From Chiloscyllium plagiosum (Eukaryota): a stretch of 27,588 nt of DNA. The stretch covers positions 85,884,283 through 85,911,870 of the forward strand of contig NC_057718.1 in NCBI RefSeq assembly GCF_004010195.1, written 5' to 3'. Position numbers and translations under genes: made by a program. The notes beneath the pieces are model-generated. The model was not told the origin of the DNA. It saw only the letters and a list, made by a program, of their open reading frames with translations, and made no database searches. Shown one piece after another: positions 11,982-22,725 of this stretch. How positions within the stretch are numbered: position 1 is the first letter of the stretch; the number at the start of each line of letters is the position of its first letter.

Positions 11982-12192
11982 TGACAGCAGGACGTCATAG
12001 AATATGAGTTCCCTGATTATTAACATGATCCAGTTAGGGAGTCCTGGCTGACAGATATAAACAGGAGTGTCAAGGGTTCTGGTCACTCTAGGAGCCAGCT
12101 CTGCGCTACCTGGATCTGTGACATGTACTACACATGTGCAAATGAAGGGTGATTTGGTGATGGGATACTGGCCTCTGTGGAGTTATTTTGCA
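11982..12192 (+). mobile_element. Probable short solo LTR
   Basis: Begins TGACAG and ends CA, internal atataaa, resembles a common shark LTR as recalled. No TSD found. Confidence 0.5.
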
Positions 12193-12659
12193 GGGTGGGG
12201 GAGCACTGTTGGGGACTGATGATTGTGGATGAGGACTGTCAATGGTATGGGGAAGGGGTGAGCGTTGTCATCACTGCTGAGGGTGAGTTTTGGGTCTTTT
12301 CCTTCTATAGAATGTACTTAAATGTCAACTCTGAGAGCTATCAACCTTGCCTGCACCTCCTTACTACACCTCTCCTAGCCCCAGCATTAGTCAGTCAGTA
12401 TTAGAGATACCTCGAAAAATAGGAAGGATTCCAACAACACTATCAACAAATCAATGCTCTCAAAAGCACTTTAAAGCCAAAAGATCAATTACTTCACCAT
12501 TGATTTCATTTTGTAATACTTTTGTAATTAATTTCCATGATTTATATCGAGTCAAATCTTATGGTATATTTGACAGTGGAGAGGGCACATAAAATAAAGT
12601 GGGTGGTCAGTCACTCACCCCTGTCCCCATATATCAATGGGTATGGGAGGTGTCAAGAT

Positions 12660-12870
12660 GCAAGGGGTACAGATGGTACTCTGGGTGGGGGATTTCAATG
12701 TCTACCTCCAACAGTGACTTGGCAGCAGCGCTATTGATTGCGCTGGTCAGGTCCTAAAGGACATAACTGCTAGACTGGGTCTGCGGCAGAGGGTGAGGGA
12801 TCCAACAACAGGGAAAAACATACTTGGCCTCATGCCTAACAATCTACCAGCTGCAGATGCATCTGTCCAG
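12660..12870 (+). mobile_element. LINE ORF2 AP-endonuclease fragment
   Basis: Translation VLWVGDFNVYLQQ*LGSS...LGLRQRVRDPTTGKNILGL contains the GDFN and PT.GKNILDL-like APE motifs. Confidence 0.85.
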
Positions 12871-14736
12871 GGTGGAGCAGGCTTGAGGGGCAGAGGGGTG
12901 AACTCCCCAGTTCACACATTTAAACCCCAGGATAGAAGGAAGGACGATACTTCATTTGGAGAGTTTCCTGTGCCATGGGAACGTGGGTGGGGGGTGGGGT
13001 TGGTGCCATCACGATTTGGATGGAACACCCCAATTTGTGCCTTCTCCCCATCCGGGACTCTATAACCCGATCTCTCAACTCCCAGTTGCTAGGCTCCCCA
13101 ATTTCTCTCTGATCTAAGACCCTGGACTTACACGAGGTCCAGTACGGGTGGATCGTCTATAACGCCCGTTTCATAAACACGATTTGGGTGTCGCATGATT
13201 CGTGAATTGCAGACTGTCATTTTTATAAAGCAAACTCCTGTTTGCTGTTTCACCGTTCCATGCCCTGTATTACCAGCGGCTGTGATTTTTTCTGCTGGTG
13301 CATCAATTGCAACACGTTGCCATCTATGTGTGTGTATTTTTTTGCTTCTATCTGCAAATAAGGCAGGGGGCGTGAACATTGGAATATTTTGATTATGCTC
13401 GGAGTTGAGGGAGGTGGGGGCTGAGGAGCAGGAAGAGAGATAGGGAGTGAAAGAAAATGTAAATACATCAATATCCAGCGAGTGTTGGAGAGGGAGCAAG
13501 GCCTTTTGTTAAGCAGAGGCTCAGTTGCTGGCTATCTGAAGCTTCAACACACTGAGATTTTACAAGAGAGGGTGTATGTGTGTGGAAGGGGGGAGGTGTG
13601 AAACTAAGGATGGACCCTCATCTCCCCCCACCCTACCCATCCCCAAATTGTGCCTGATCCAAGTTCACCCAGTCTCTGTTAGAAAGGGGATTGGGGAGGA
13701 TCTGAGCGACCTGGACCCTCATTCTCACTGAAACCTGAGACCCATCAAAACCTCCAGCCGTTCAGAGTATCCCAGCCATTTAGCAACCCCCTTTTAATAA
13801 AAAGAGGTTTTACTCACACTGAAAAAAAAGCTTCCAGGAGTTTCACAAAGTTTACTGGCAAAGAGCCAGATTCTGGATTAACTCCACTGCACACGGTGCC
13901 GGGAATACAACAATACTTTGGGAAATTTCTGGCACTGCTGAGGCAGGTTGGCCAACAGATCATGAGGATGTGACCTACTATGCCTGAGATGGGTGCATGT
14001 CCCACAGTCCCCGTGTTCAGGCTGCTCTCTGAGCATCATGGTTGAGGGGGGAGCCTGTTATAAAATTGGTGAGCTGCTGATAAATGCTTCTAGCAGATTT
14101 GGGAGGGAAGCTAATAGCTTTAAAAACACTGAAGAACATTAAAACAAGACTTATGACACCACTACATGGTTGCTGGTCTGCAGAGGTTGAATTCCAACAG
14201 GGCCTGGCCTTACTGCACCTTGTTGGCAACTCTCTCTAACTGTGGCTGTGCCTGTGAGAGGGGCAACAAGTCCAGTACAAACAGGTAAGGCCACAGTTTG
14301 AATCCTGGTGAGTGACCTGTGCTTTGCTCTCACTGCTGACTGGAAGAGCTGAGTAAGGATGACCTCCATAAAAATAGATATTTCTCACAGAATACAGAGT
14401 TTGCTGTGTTTCATAGTTCACAGTAGTGAATGTTTAGTACGAGTACAGACCGTCGAACGTGTGCTTCAGCAAACTAGCTTGCTAGTTGTTCAAGTGTAAC
14501 AGGCCTCATCGGCAGAGTGCTTTCCACCACTGTACACCACGTCAATGATAATAGTCAAATAATCAATTGTAAGTCAGAGATTGATTAACTCTGAGGGGTA
14601 GTTTATTTAAAACAGTAAAATACATAGCATTGCAAGTTATGAAACAGATATTACTACAACCCATTGCAAATCAACTGTTCCCTATATTTAGTTTGCAGAC
14701 CCAAAGTAGAATAACTGTCAGTCAAAATATTGCATT

Positions 14737-14955
14737 CTCCCTCTGGGCTTCTATTACTCTCTGTCTCTGTTACTCCCTCTGGGCCTTTGTTACTTACTGT
14801 CTCTGTTAAACTCTCTGTCTCTGTTACCCTCTCTGGGCTTCATTTACTCTCTGTCTGGCCTCTGTTTCTCTGACCCTGTTATTCTCTCTGGCTCTCTGTT
14901 ACTCTCTCTAGGCCCTTATTCCTCTCTGTCTTTGTTACTCTGTCTGGACCTCTGA
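14737..14955. repeat. Degenerate pyrimidine-rich tandem repeat
   Basis: Interleaved ctctgtctctgttact and ctctgggcctctgttact units of about 16-18 bp. Confidence 0.85.
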
Positions 14956-15609
14956 TATGTGTATATATCCGAACGCAAACTAATAAGCAGAATGTAGCTC
15001 TCAATGGTGGGATCAGAAGTGGCTGTCACTTCTGCTTCCATGTTGATCTGTATAAGGGTGGTTGAACACTCAGGTGCCCCACATGTGATCACAGAGCAGG
15101 CATGAGGCCATCAGCTGACTGAACTGGAGGTCAGAGTGAGTCATAAATGGCTGAGTCCTCAAACAGTCAGTCTCTGCAGACTGCACAAACTGCTTCTGAT
15201 TAGGAGAAGGCTTTGCCCAAATGGAGGGCCACTGGTAAATCTCTTTGTGTCTCACCACCTCCATCTCCTTTGACATCAAGCATCAATGGATCTCCATCAC
15301 TCTCTCCTTTCATCTGACAATTCATCCATGTGGAACCCTATCACTCACTCCCTTGTCTGTTTTTTCTAGAGAAAAAGAGCAGTACAATTGTTCAGTTATG
15401 CCCCCAACGCAGGTTCTCCACCCACTGTCCAGGAAAACCCAGGAGTTTCTCTTCCCCAACAGTGGCTGTAGAGTATCCCCTTTCTTGACGCAGCTGCTCT
15501 GGATGGATAGTGCAGAACATGTGAGCAAACGTTAGGTCCACCAAATATTCTGGGTGCAGTGATGCAATTTGAGAGAAGCAACCGAGAGAAACACAGTATA
15601 TTCTAGATG

Positions 15610-16131
15610 GTATAAAGACTGTACTTCTTTATTTTTCTGTATTTTTGATGGGAAGAAGGGTTGTTTTAAAAACCGAGCACTGCAGGAAAGTGAAACCGTC
15701 CTGGAGAACAGGGATTGAAGAACAACAAATTCTGGAAAGCAAAAGGATCATGTCAACCAACTCTGTTGAGAAAGGCCTCAGTTGAGAACTACCTTCCCAG
15801 CTCTTCTCTCCACCCATTACACCAATTTTGTTATTGTGTGTATCGGGGGGAGTTTATTTAGGGGGTTTAGAGTTTTAACTCACAGAGTTACATGTCAGCA
15901 GGGTGTCATTGCTTACTTATAGTTAGAATCATTTTACTTGTAAGTTTTAGAATCATTTTTATTTATCCCTGCCAAGTACAGAAGTTTGGTCTGCGTTTTC
16001 TGATAATATCAATCTTAACACACAGGTAAATGAAGGAATTTTGTGCCCTTTGATAAAATCTTTTATTTTTTCTGCTAACTGTGGGAATAGGAGAGTTTGG
16101 TTTCCAATATGCTACTTCAGTGAGCTGTAAC
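15610..16131 (+). mobile_element. Possible decayed solo LTR
   Basis: Ends TGTAACA with a T-rich 3' half like 6260-6917. 5' end and TSD not identified. Confidence 0.3.
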
Positions 16132-16390
16132 AAAGGTACCATAGTATGTGAGTTTAAGACCTGAGGGTCTTTGGGATACAGACTCTCAAACCCTAGAGTG
16201 TGGCTGGGCATCTTGAAAAGGTGAAGAAAGTATATGAGATATTGGGATTTGTAAGATGGAGCATTAAATACAAAAGCTAAGAAGTTATGGTAAACGTTTC
16301 CAAATCTTTGGTTATGTCTTCATTGGAGTTTTATGTATAAATATAACGTTCAGGAAAATGTCAATGCCTTGGAGGGACTACAGAGGAGCT

Positions 16391-17276
16391 ATCGAAAATG
16401 CAAAACCTGTGCATGGATATATTTCCATCCCCACCCCTATCAGCGTTTTGGAGAGACCATTCCCTCTGCGACTCCCTTGTCAGATCCATGTTCCTCACCA
16501 GCCCCCACCCCACTCTTGGCACCTTCCCCTGCCTCTGCAGGAAGTGCAAAACCTGCGCCCATACTTCCCCCCTCACCTCCGTCCAAAGCCCCTAAGGATC
16601 CTTCTACATCTGACAGAAACTTACCTGTACCCCCACCAATGTCATCTGTATCCGTTGCACCTGATGTGGTGTCCTCTACATCAGGGAGACAGGACATCAA
16701 CTTTTGGATTGTTTCAGAGAACATCTCTGGGACACCCGCACCAACAAACCTCTGCCTTCCCCCCACCCCACTCCGTGCCTGAACACTTCAACTCCCTCTC
16801 CCACTCCACCAAGGACATGCAGGTCCTGGGCCTCCTCCATTGCCAAAACTTAACCACCCGATGCCTGGAGGAAGAATGCCTCATCTTCTGCCTTGGGACC
16901 CTGCAACTATATGGGATTAATGTGAATTTCACCAGTTTCCTTATTTCCCCTCCTGCCACTTTATCCCAGTCCCAAGCCTCCAATTCAGCACTGCCCTCTT
17001 GACCTGTCCATCGTCTTGCCCATCTATCAGCTCCACCCTCCTCTCCGACCTCTCACCTTCTCCCCTACCTTCATCTACCTGTTGCATTCTCAGCTACCTT
17101 GCTCCCAGCCCAGCCCCCTCCCACTTATCTCTCAGCCCCGACCCACAAACTTCATTCCTGATGAAGGATTCATGCTCGAAACGTCGATTCTCCTGCTCCT
17201 CAAATGCTGCCTGACCTGCTGTGCTTTTCCAGCACCACACTCTCGACTCAGATCCCAGCATCCTCACTTTCTCCTT
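16391..17276 (+). mobile_element. Penelope-like element 3' fragment (GIY-YIG endonuclease remnant plus terminal repeat)
   Basis: GTFPCLCRKCKTCAHTSP, CIRCT*CGVLYIRETG, HFNSLSHS...LEEECLIFCLGTLQLYGINVNF. Flanked by exact 8-bp direct repeat GAGGAGCT (16383-16390 and 17277-17284). Confidence 0.92.
17154..17189 (+). ncRNA. Minimal type I hammerhead ribozyme motif (PLE-associated)
   Basis: CTGATGA (17158-17164), degenerate stem II ggattcatgctc, GAAAC-GTC (17178-17185) with the ACGT palindrome. Core intact, helices I and II weak. Confidence 0.7.
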
Positions 17277-18461
17277 GAGGAGCTTTAACCCCAGGTTCAT
17301 GCCAGGAATTATCATTCAGTTATGTAAATAGATCCGAGAAGCTGTAATTGTTCCTCGTGGGGTTGAAGATTAAGGAGACACCTGTTAGAAGTATTCAAAA
17401 TTATGAGGAGTTTAGCAAATTTTTCTCCCAGCATTGTGTTGACCATGTAGGTATGAGGAGTAAAGTTGAAATGCAATTGGCAAGGGGAGAAGTCAGAAAT
17501 GTTTTCACACAGTGTGTTATTGTAATTTGGAAACAGTTGCAGAATCAGATACTATTGCAACTTGCAAAAGGCAATCGGAGATTTGGATGTTTGAAGAGAA
17601 TTTACTTGGAAGTTTAGGGGAAAAACAGAGGTATGGAACAAAGTTGAACAACACATTCAGAGTACTCAAACCTAACAGGATATATTGCCTCTCTCTGTCC
17701 TGTATGATTAAATGATTCTACAGTATATAACATAGATTCTATAATCAGGGTGGTGGGCAACATGCAGGGAAGTGAATATAAGGAATATTGGACAACAGTG
17801 ATCCTACTGAATGGTGGAGCAGGCTCGAAAGCTTGACCTGTTCCTGTTTCTTAGGGTCTTTTGGTCTAATATCTCAATAGATCATAAAACAGGAATGACT
17901 AAGTGAGGTGCATTTCCGGTGCTATCATTTTAAACATGTATTTAACCCTTTATTTCAATGAATGTCTTCACTTGCCTTTCAATAGTTCCTGCTTTCATCA
18001 TAATCACAAATCTCAGTCCTTGAAAGGAACATAATGATCTGTTTCTTTATTAGCTATTAAATTCCTGAATGAATTAACTTTCCTCATTTTTATTCTGTTT
18101 TATTTTCTTTCCGGAAACATTACACAGACCTTGAAATATAATTTATATTCCGTTCAGGGTGTAATGATGTTTCACTCTAACCAGGTCAGTTCTCCTCCAG
18201 GATATGTCATGTCCAATAGGCCTTCTGAATTTATGAGCACAGCAAAGCTTTTGATTTTATTTCCTGTGACCTTGATATTCACTATGGTCACCTTGAGGTC
18301 AAGCTGCATATTTTTCAAGTCAAGTTTCACTGGGAGCAACATACAAATCTCTCCCGACACATATTCCCTTCCCCTCCCCTGTTAGCCTTCCACAAGGGTC
18401 GTGCCCTGTGGGACACCCTGATTCACTCCCACTTTATTCCCAAACCCCTCCCCCACCCTCA

Positions 18462-18802
18462 NNNNNNNNNNNNNNNNNNNNNNNNNNNNNNNNNNNNNNN
18501 NNNNNNNNNNNNNNNNNNNNNNNNNNNNNNNNNNNNNNNNNNNNNNNNNNNNNNNNNNNNNNNNNNNNNNNNNNNNNNNNNNNNNNNNNNNNNNNNNNNN
18601 NNNNNNNNNNNNNNNNNNNNNNNNNNNNNNNNNNNNNNNNNNNNNNNNNNNNNNNNNNNNNNNNNNNNNNNNNNNNNNNNNNNNNNNNNNNNNNNNNNNN
18701 NNNNNNNNNNNNNNNNNNNNNNNNNNNNNNNNNNNNNNNNNNNNNNNNNNNNNNNNNNNNNNNNNNNNNNNNNNNNNNNNNNNNNNNNNNNNNNNNNNNN
18801 NN
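18462..18802. other. Assembly gap (341 N)
   Basis: Run of N. Confidence 1.
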
Positions 18803-19518
18803 CTCCCCCACCCTCACCTCCCCCTCCCCCTACCCTCTCCCCCCCACCCCCATAGTTCCATGGCACCTTCTCCTGAAACTGCAGAAGGTTTAACTCCTGC
18901 ATGTTTACTTCCTCCCTCTTCAGTGTCCAAGGGCCCAAACACACCTTCCAAGAGAAGCAGCACTTTACCTGCTCTTCACACAATCTAGTCTGCTGCATTC
19001 GCTGCTCGCAATGTGGTCTCCTCTACATGGGGGAAACAAAACGCAGACTGAGCGACCGCTTCACAGAACGCCTACTTTCTGCCTGCAAAAAAGACCCTGA
19101 TCTTCCAGTTGTCTGCCACTTCAACACACCACCCTGTTCCCTGGTGAATATCTGTGTCACAAGCTTTCTACAGTCCTCCAGCGAAATTCAGTGCAAGCTA
19201 GAAGAACATCACTTCATTTTCTGCTTTGGACTCTACAGCCTTCTGGATTCAATATCGAGTTAAACAATTTTAGGGTTTAATGCACCTTCTCATCCCCTTA
19301 CCCCAACCCCTTCTAATCACATGGTCTGCTATTACATACAACCCATTGTTAGACCCTAATTGTCTCCATTCATAGCTATTCATTCTCCCAGGCTAATCGT
19401 TTTACAATCCTTTGTCTGTCCAACTGTTGGTTTCTCTTTTTGGGCTCTATCTCCACCTATCAGTTACTCCTTACTGCCTGCCTTCTGCATAAAACCCTAC
19501 TTTTTTCCAGCTACCATC

Positions 19519-19556
19519 AGTTCTGAGGAAGGGTCACTGGACCCAAAATGTTAACT
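19519..19556 (+). ncRNA. Decayed type I hammerhead ribozyme motif
   Basis: agtt-CTGAGGA-a-gggtc-actg-gaccc-AAAATGTT-aact. Helix I (agtt/aact) and stem II (gggtc/gaccc) are perfect, but GAAACG reads AAAATG. Confidence 0.7.
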
Positions 19557-19654
19557 ATGATTTCTCTCAACAGCCCCGCTAAGCCTTTCCAGCAATTTCT
19601 GTTCAAAGTGACACAAATCTTTCTACTCCACTTCAATCCCACCCACTCAGAGAG

Positions 19655-19842
19655 CAGTAAGGGTATGGAATGCTTTGCCTGCAACATTAGTAGATTCGCC
19701 AACTTTAAGTACATTTAAAGTCTCATTGGACAGGCATATGGATGTACATGGATAAGTGTAGGTTATATGGGCTTCAGATTGGTATGACAGGTCAGTGCAA
19801 CATTGAGGGCCGAAGGGCCTATACTGCGCTGTAATGTTCTAA
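19655..19842 (+). mobile_element. CR1/HER1 short 3' end
   Basis: tggaatgctttgcctgca...ttggacaggcatatgga...gggccgaagggcctatactgcgctgtaatgttcta, parallel to 9100-9270. Confidence 0.85.
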
Positions 19843-20059
19843 TGGCAACTTCATGATCGCATCATTGCTGAAGTACCTGATGCAAATGACTTCAGAGTCT
19901 GATGATTTTGATATCTAAAATCAAAAAGATCTAAGCATTTTAAATTGTAGGTTTTAATTCCCAAACAGAAACACTTTGATATTACCAATGAGGAACAGCC
20001 TTAATCCAAGATGTTTATCATATTTGCAATTTCCCTCTGATCACTTTTGATTTGGAAAA

Positions 20060-20237
20060 TGTCTTGCATATATATCCTGCCTTTCACTACAGCAGGTCTT
20101 CTCATAGCTTTGCAACCCGTGTAATATTTGTTGAAACTGCTGTAAAGCAGGAAACATGGCAGTTCATGTGGATATAGCAGGATTCCAGAAACACCAGTCA
20201 GATGAAAAACTAGATGAGCTCGCTTTAGTGATGTTAG
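20060..20237 (-). mobile_element. Old DeuSINE-like fragment
   Basis: Reverse-orientation counterpart of 960-1110 (cttgcatatatatcctgcctttcac...aggaaacatggcag...tttagtgatgtt). Confidence 0.55.
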
Positions 20238-20976
20238 TCATAGAGTCATAGAGATTTACTGCATGGAAACAGACCCTTCGGTCCAACCCGTCCATGCCGA
20301 CCAGATATCCCAATCCAATCTAGTCCCACCTGCCAGCACCCGGCCGATATCCCTTCAAACCCTTCCTTGTCATATACCCATCCAAGTGCCTTTTAAATGT
20401 TGCAATTGTACCAGCCTCCACACTTCCTCTGGCATCTTATTCCATACATATACCACCCTCTGCGTGAAAATGTTGCCCCTTAGGTCTCTTTTATATCTTT
20501 TCCCTCTCACCCTAAACCTATGCCCTCTAGTGGTGGACTCCCCGACCCCAGGGAAAAGACTTTGTCTATTTATTCTATCCATGTTCCTCATGACTTTGTA
20601 AACCTCTATAAGGTCACCCCTCAGCCTCCAACGCTCTAGGGAAAATAGCCACAGCCTATTCAGCCTCTCCTTATAGCTCAAATCCTCCAACCCTGACAAC
20701 ATCCTTGTAAATCTTTTATGAACCTTTCAGGTTTCACATCTTTCCGATAGGAAGGAGCCCAGAATTGCACGCAATATTCCAACAGTGGCCTAACCAATGT
20801 CCTGTACAGCTGCAACATGACTTCCCAACTCCTGTACTCAATATTCTGACCAATAAAGGAAAGCATACCAAACGCTTTCTTCACGATCCTATCTACCTGC
20901 GACTCCACTTTCAAGGAGCTATGAACCTGCACTCCAAGGTCTCTTTGTTCAGCAACACTCCGTAGGACCTTACCAT
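20236..20976 (-). mobile_element. CR1/HER1 LINE 3' fragment
   Basis: Minus ORFs KKAFGMLSFIGQNIEYRSWEVMLQLYRTLVRPLLEYCVQFWAP and LFSLERWRLRGDLIEVYK...TRGHRFRVRG...FTQRVV, with (ctatgact)n tail. Confidence 0.95.
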
Positions 20977-21509
20977 TTGGTGGCGATGCCAGAGAGAAAG
21001 TGCATAGTTTCTGCAGTCATGACACAGCAGAGAAGGTGCAATGATGATTATGTATTATTGATCATTGCCAGAGTCATGTGAATATGAACTGCAGAGACTC
21101 GACAAGAATCTGAACAGACTGACCATGCTGATGGAAGTGGAAAATGCAGCGATGTAATGTCAAATGCAAGGATTGAGATCAACCTAAAGAAAGAAAAATA
21201 AGACTTTCTAAGACTCACCAGGAAGTCGCAGAATGCTGGGAAAAGACGGGGGGGGGGGGGGGGGGGGCGGGGGGGATCAGAAAGCAGTGAGCACTGACGC
21301 AAAACAGCTGGCAGAGTGATGAGGTCAGCCACAGTCAATCAAGGAGCTCCAGAGCTCAAACAAGACATGAAGGCTGATCGCATACTCCCAAAGCCAATCC
21401 AAACAAATCAATGAACTGCTCCAGACTAAGGAATGGAACATTTGCATGAAAAGATTTAAGACGTTTTGAAAATTGGACAAAAATAGGCAAACAACCAGCT
21501 CAGTTTGTT

Positions 21510-21707
21510 GTGAGGAGACAGTGAGGTCTGCAGATGCTGGATATCAGAGTTGAGAGTGTGTTGCTGGAAAAGCGCAGCAGGTCAGGCAGCATCCGAGGAG
21601 CAGGAAAATCGACATCTCGGGCCAGAGCCCTTCATCGGGAAAGGATTTTCCTGGTCCTCGGATGCTGCCTGACCTGCTGCGCTTTTCCAGCAACACACTC
21701 TCAACTT
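21510..21707. mobile_element. Palindromic non-autonomous PLE derivative
   Basis: 63-bp inverted arms 21548-21610 and 21644-21706 with one mismatch, homologous to the PLE terminus at 17186-17250. Flanked by AGTTTGTT (21502-21509 and 21708-21715). Confidence 0.9.
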
Positions 21708-22079
21708 AGTTTGTTCTGATGTGCGATTCAGGCCATTGCAAATGATCTAGCTGTAATTGATGAAAACACCGTGTTGTACAAAATGTTGATGAGAAGTTTA
21801 ATAATAGAGCATGCTAAATTTAATCAGGGTAGACAATCCTGGTGAAAACATGGGTACCATCATGGATGATCTTTGGAGACTAGTGACGAACTGCTCTTAC
21901 AAGGCCTGAAGACAGAACTATTTCACGATGGGATCATAACCAGAGTCTCAGGTGAGACATTTCTAATATACAGAGCAGAAAAAGAAAAACAGAGTCATAG
22001 AGTTACAGCAGACATGAAAGTGCTTCAGAATGTAGGTCTCATACTGAATGAGGAGTATGAGCTCATACAACAAAGTATT

Positions 22080-22391
22080 GGGCACATAGTGGCACAGTGG
22101 CTCAGTGGTTAGCGCTGCTGCCTCACAGTGCCAATGACCCGGTTTTATTCCAGCCTCGGGCGACTGTGTGCATGGAGTTTGCACATTCTCCATGTTTCTG
22201 CATGGGTTTCCTCCCACAGTCAAAATATGTGCGAGTCAGGTGGATTTGCAGTGCTGAATTGCCCATAGCCATAGGTGCAGTAGTAGGGAGTAGGTGAGTG
22301 GGTCCTGGTGGGTTACTCTTCGGAGGGTCGGTGTGGACTTGTTGAGCTGAAGGGCCTGTTTCCGCACCGTAGTGAATCTAATCTAATCTAA
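22080..22391 (+). mobile_element. HE1-type SINE
   Basis: tRNA head, tggagtttgcacattctcc V-domain-like core, gaagggcctgtttcc tail and (aatct)n. Confidence 0.9.
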
Positions 22392-22410
22392 ATAATCCAA
22401 CAATTGATAT

Positions 22411-22725
22411 CATAGCAGAACAGTGGTTAGAACTACTGCCTCACAGTGCCAGAGACAAGGGTTCAATTCCACTCTTGGGTGACTGTCTGTGTAGCGTGGG
22501 TTTCCTTTGGATGGTCTGGTTTCCTCCCAGTCCAAAGATGTGCAAGTTAGCTGGATTGGTCATGTTAAGTTGCCCATAGAATCCAGGGATGTGCAGGCTA
22601 GGTGGATTAGCCAGGGTTACAGGGATAAAGTTGGGGCTGGGTCTAGTTGAGATGCTCTTTGGAGGGTCAGTGTGAACCTGATGGGCCAAATGGCCTGTTT
22701 CCATACTGTAGGGATTCTATGATTA
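22411..22725 (+). mobile_element. HE1-type SINE, older subfamily
   Basis: cagtggttag..ctgcctcacagtgccagaga..gggttcaattcc head and atgggccaaatggcctgtttccatactgtagggattctatgatt tail. Confidence 0.88.

Larger units (their letters stand above)
16240..17720 (+). mobile_element. Old CR1 fragment, host of the PLE insertion at 16391-17276
   Basis: ENVNALEGLQR before the insertion and RGEVRNVFTQCVIVIWKQL after it are colinear CR1 ORF2 C-terminal motifs. Confidence 0.7.
18340..19605 (+). mobile_element. Penelope-like element 3' fragment, second family, spanning the gap
   Basis: HFTCSSHNLVCCIRCSQCGLLYMGETKRRLSDRFTERL...VVCHFN...KLEEHHFIF is a PLE GIY-YIG domain, followed by the terminal repeat. Confidence 0.92.

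Noticed and set aside
16333..17002. Long ORFs (149 and 214 aa) as cellular genes
   Set aside because: They are shifted frames across a C-rich, frameshifted Penelope remnant.
18408..18998. ORFs of 127-179 aa
   Set aside because: Artefacts of translating through the N gap.
21248..21276. G-run as a functional G-quadruplex
   Set aside because: A simple homopolymer beside a dead Gypsy element, with length unreliable in assemblies and no supporting context.
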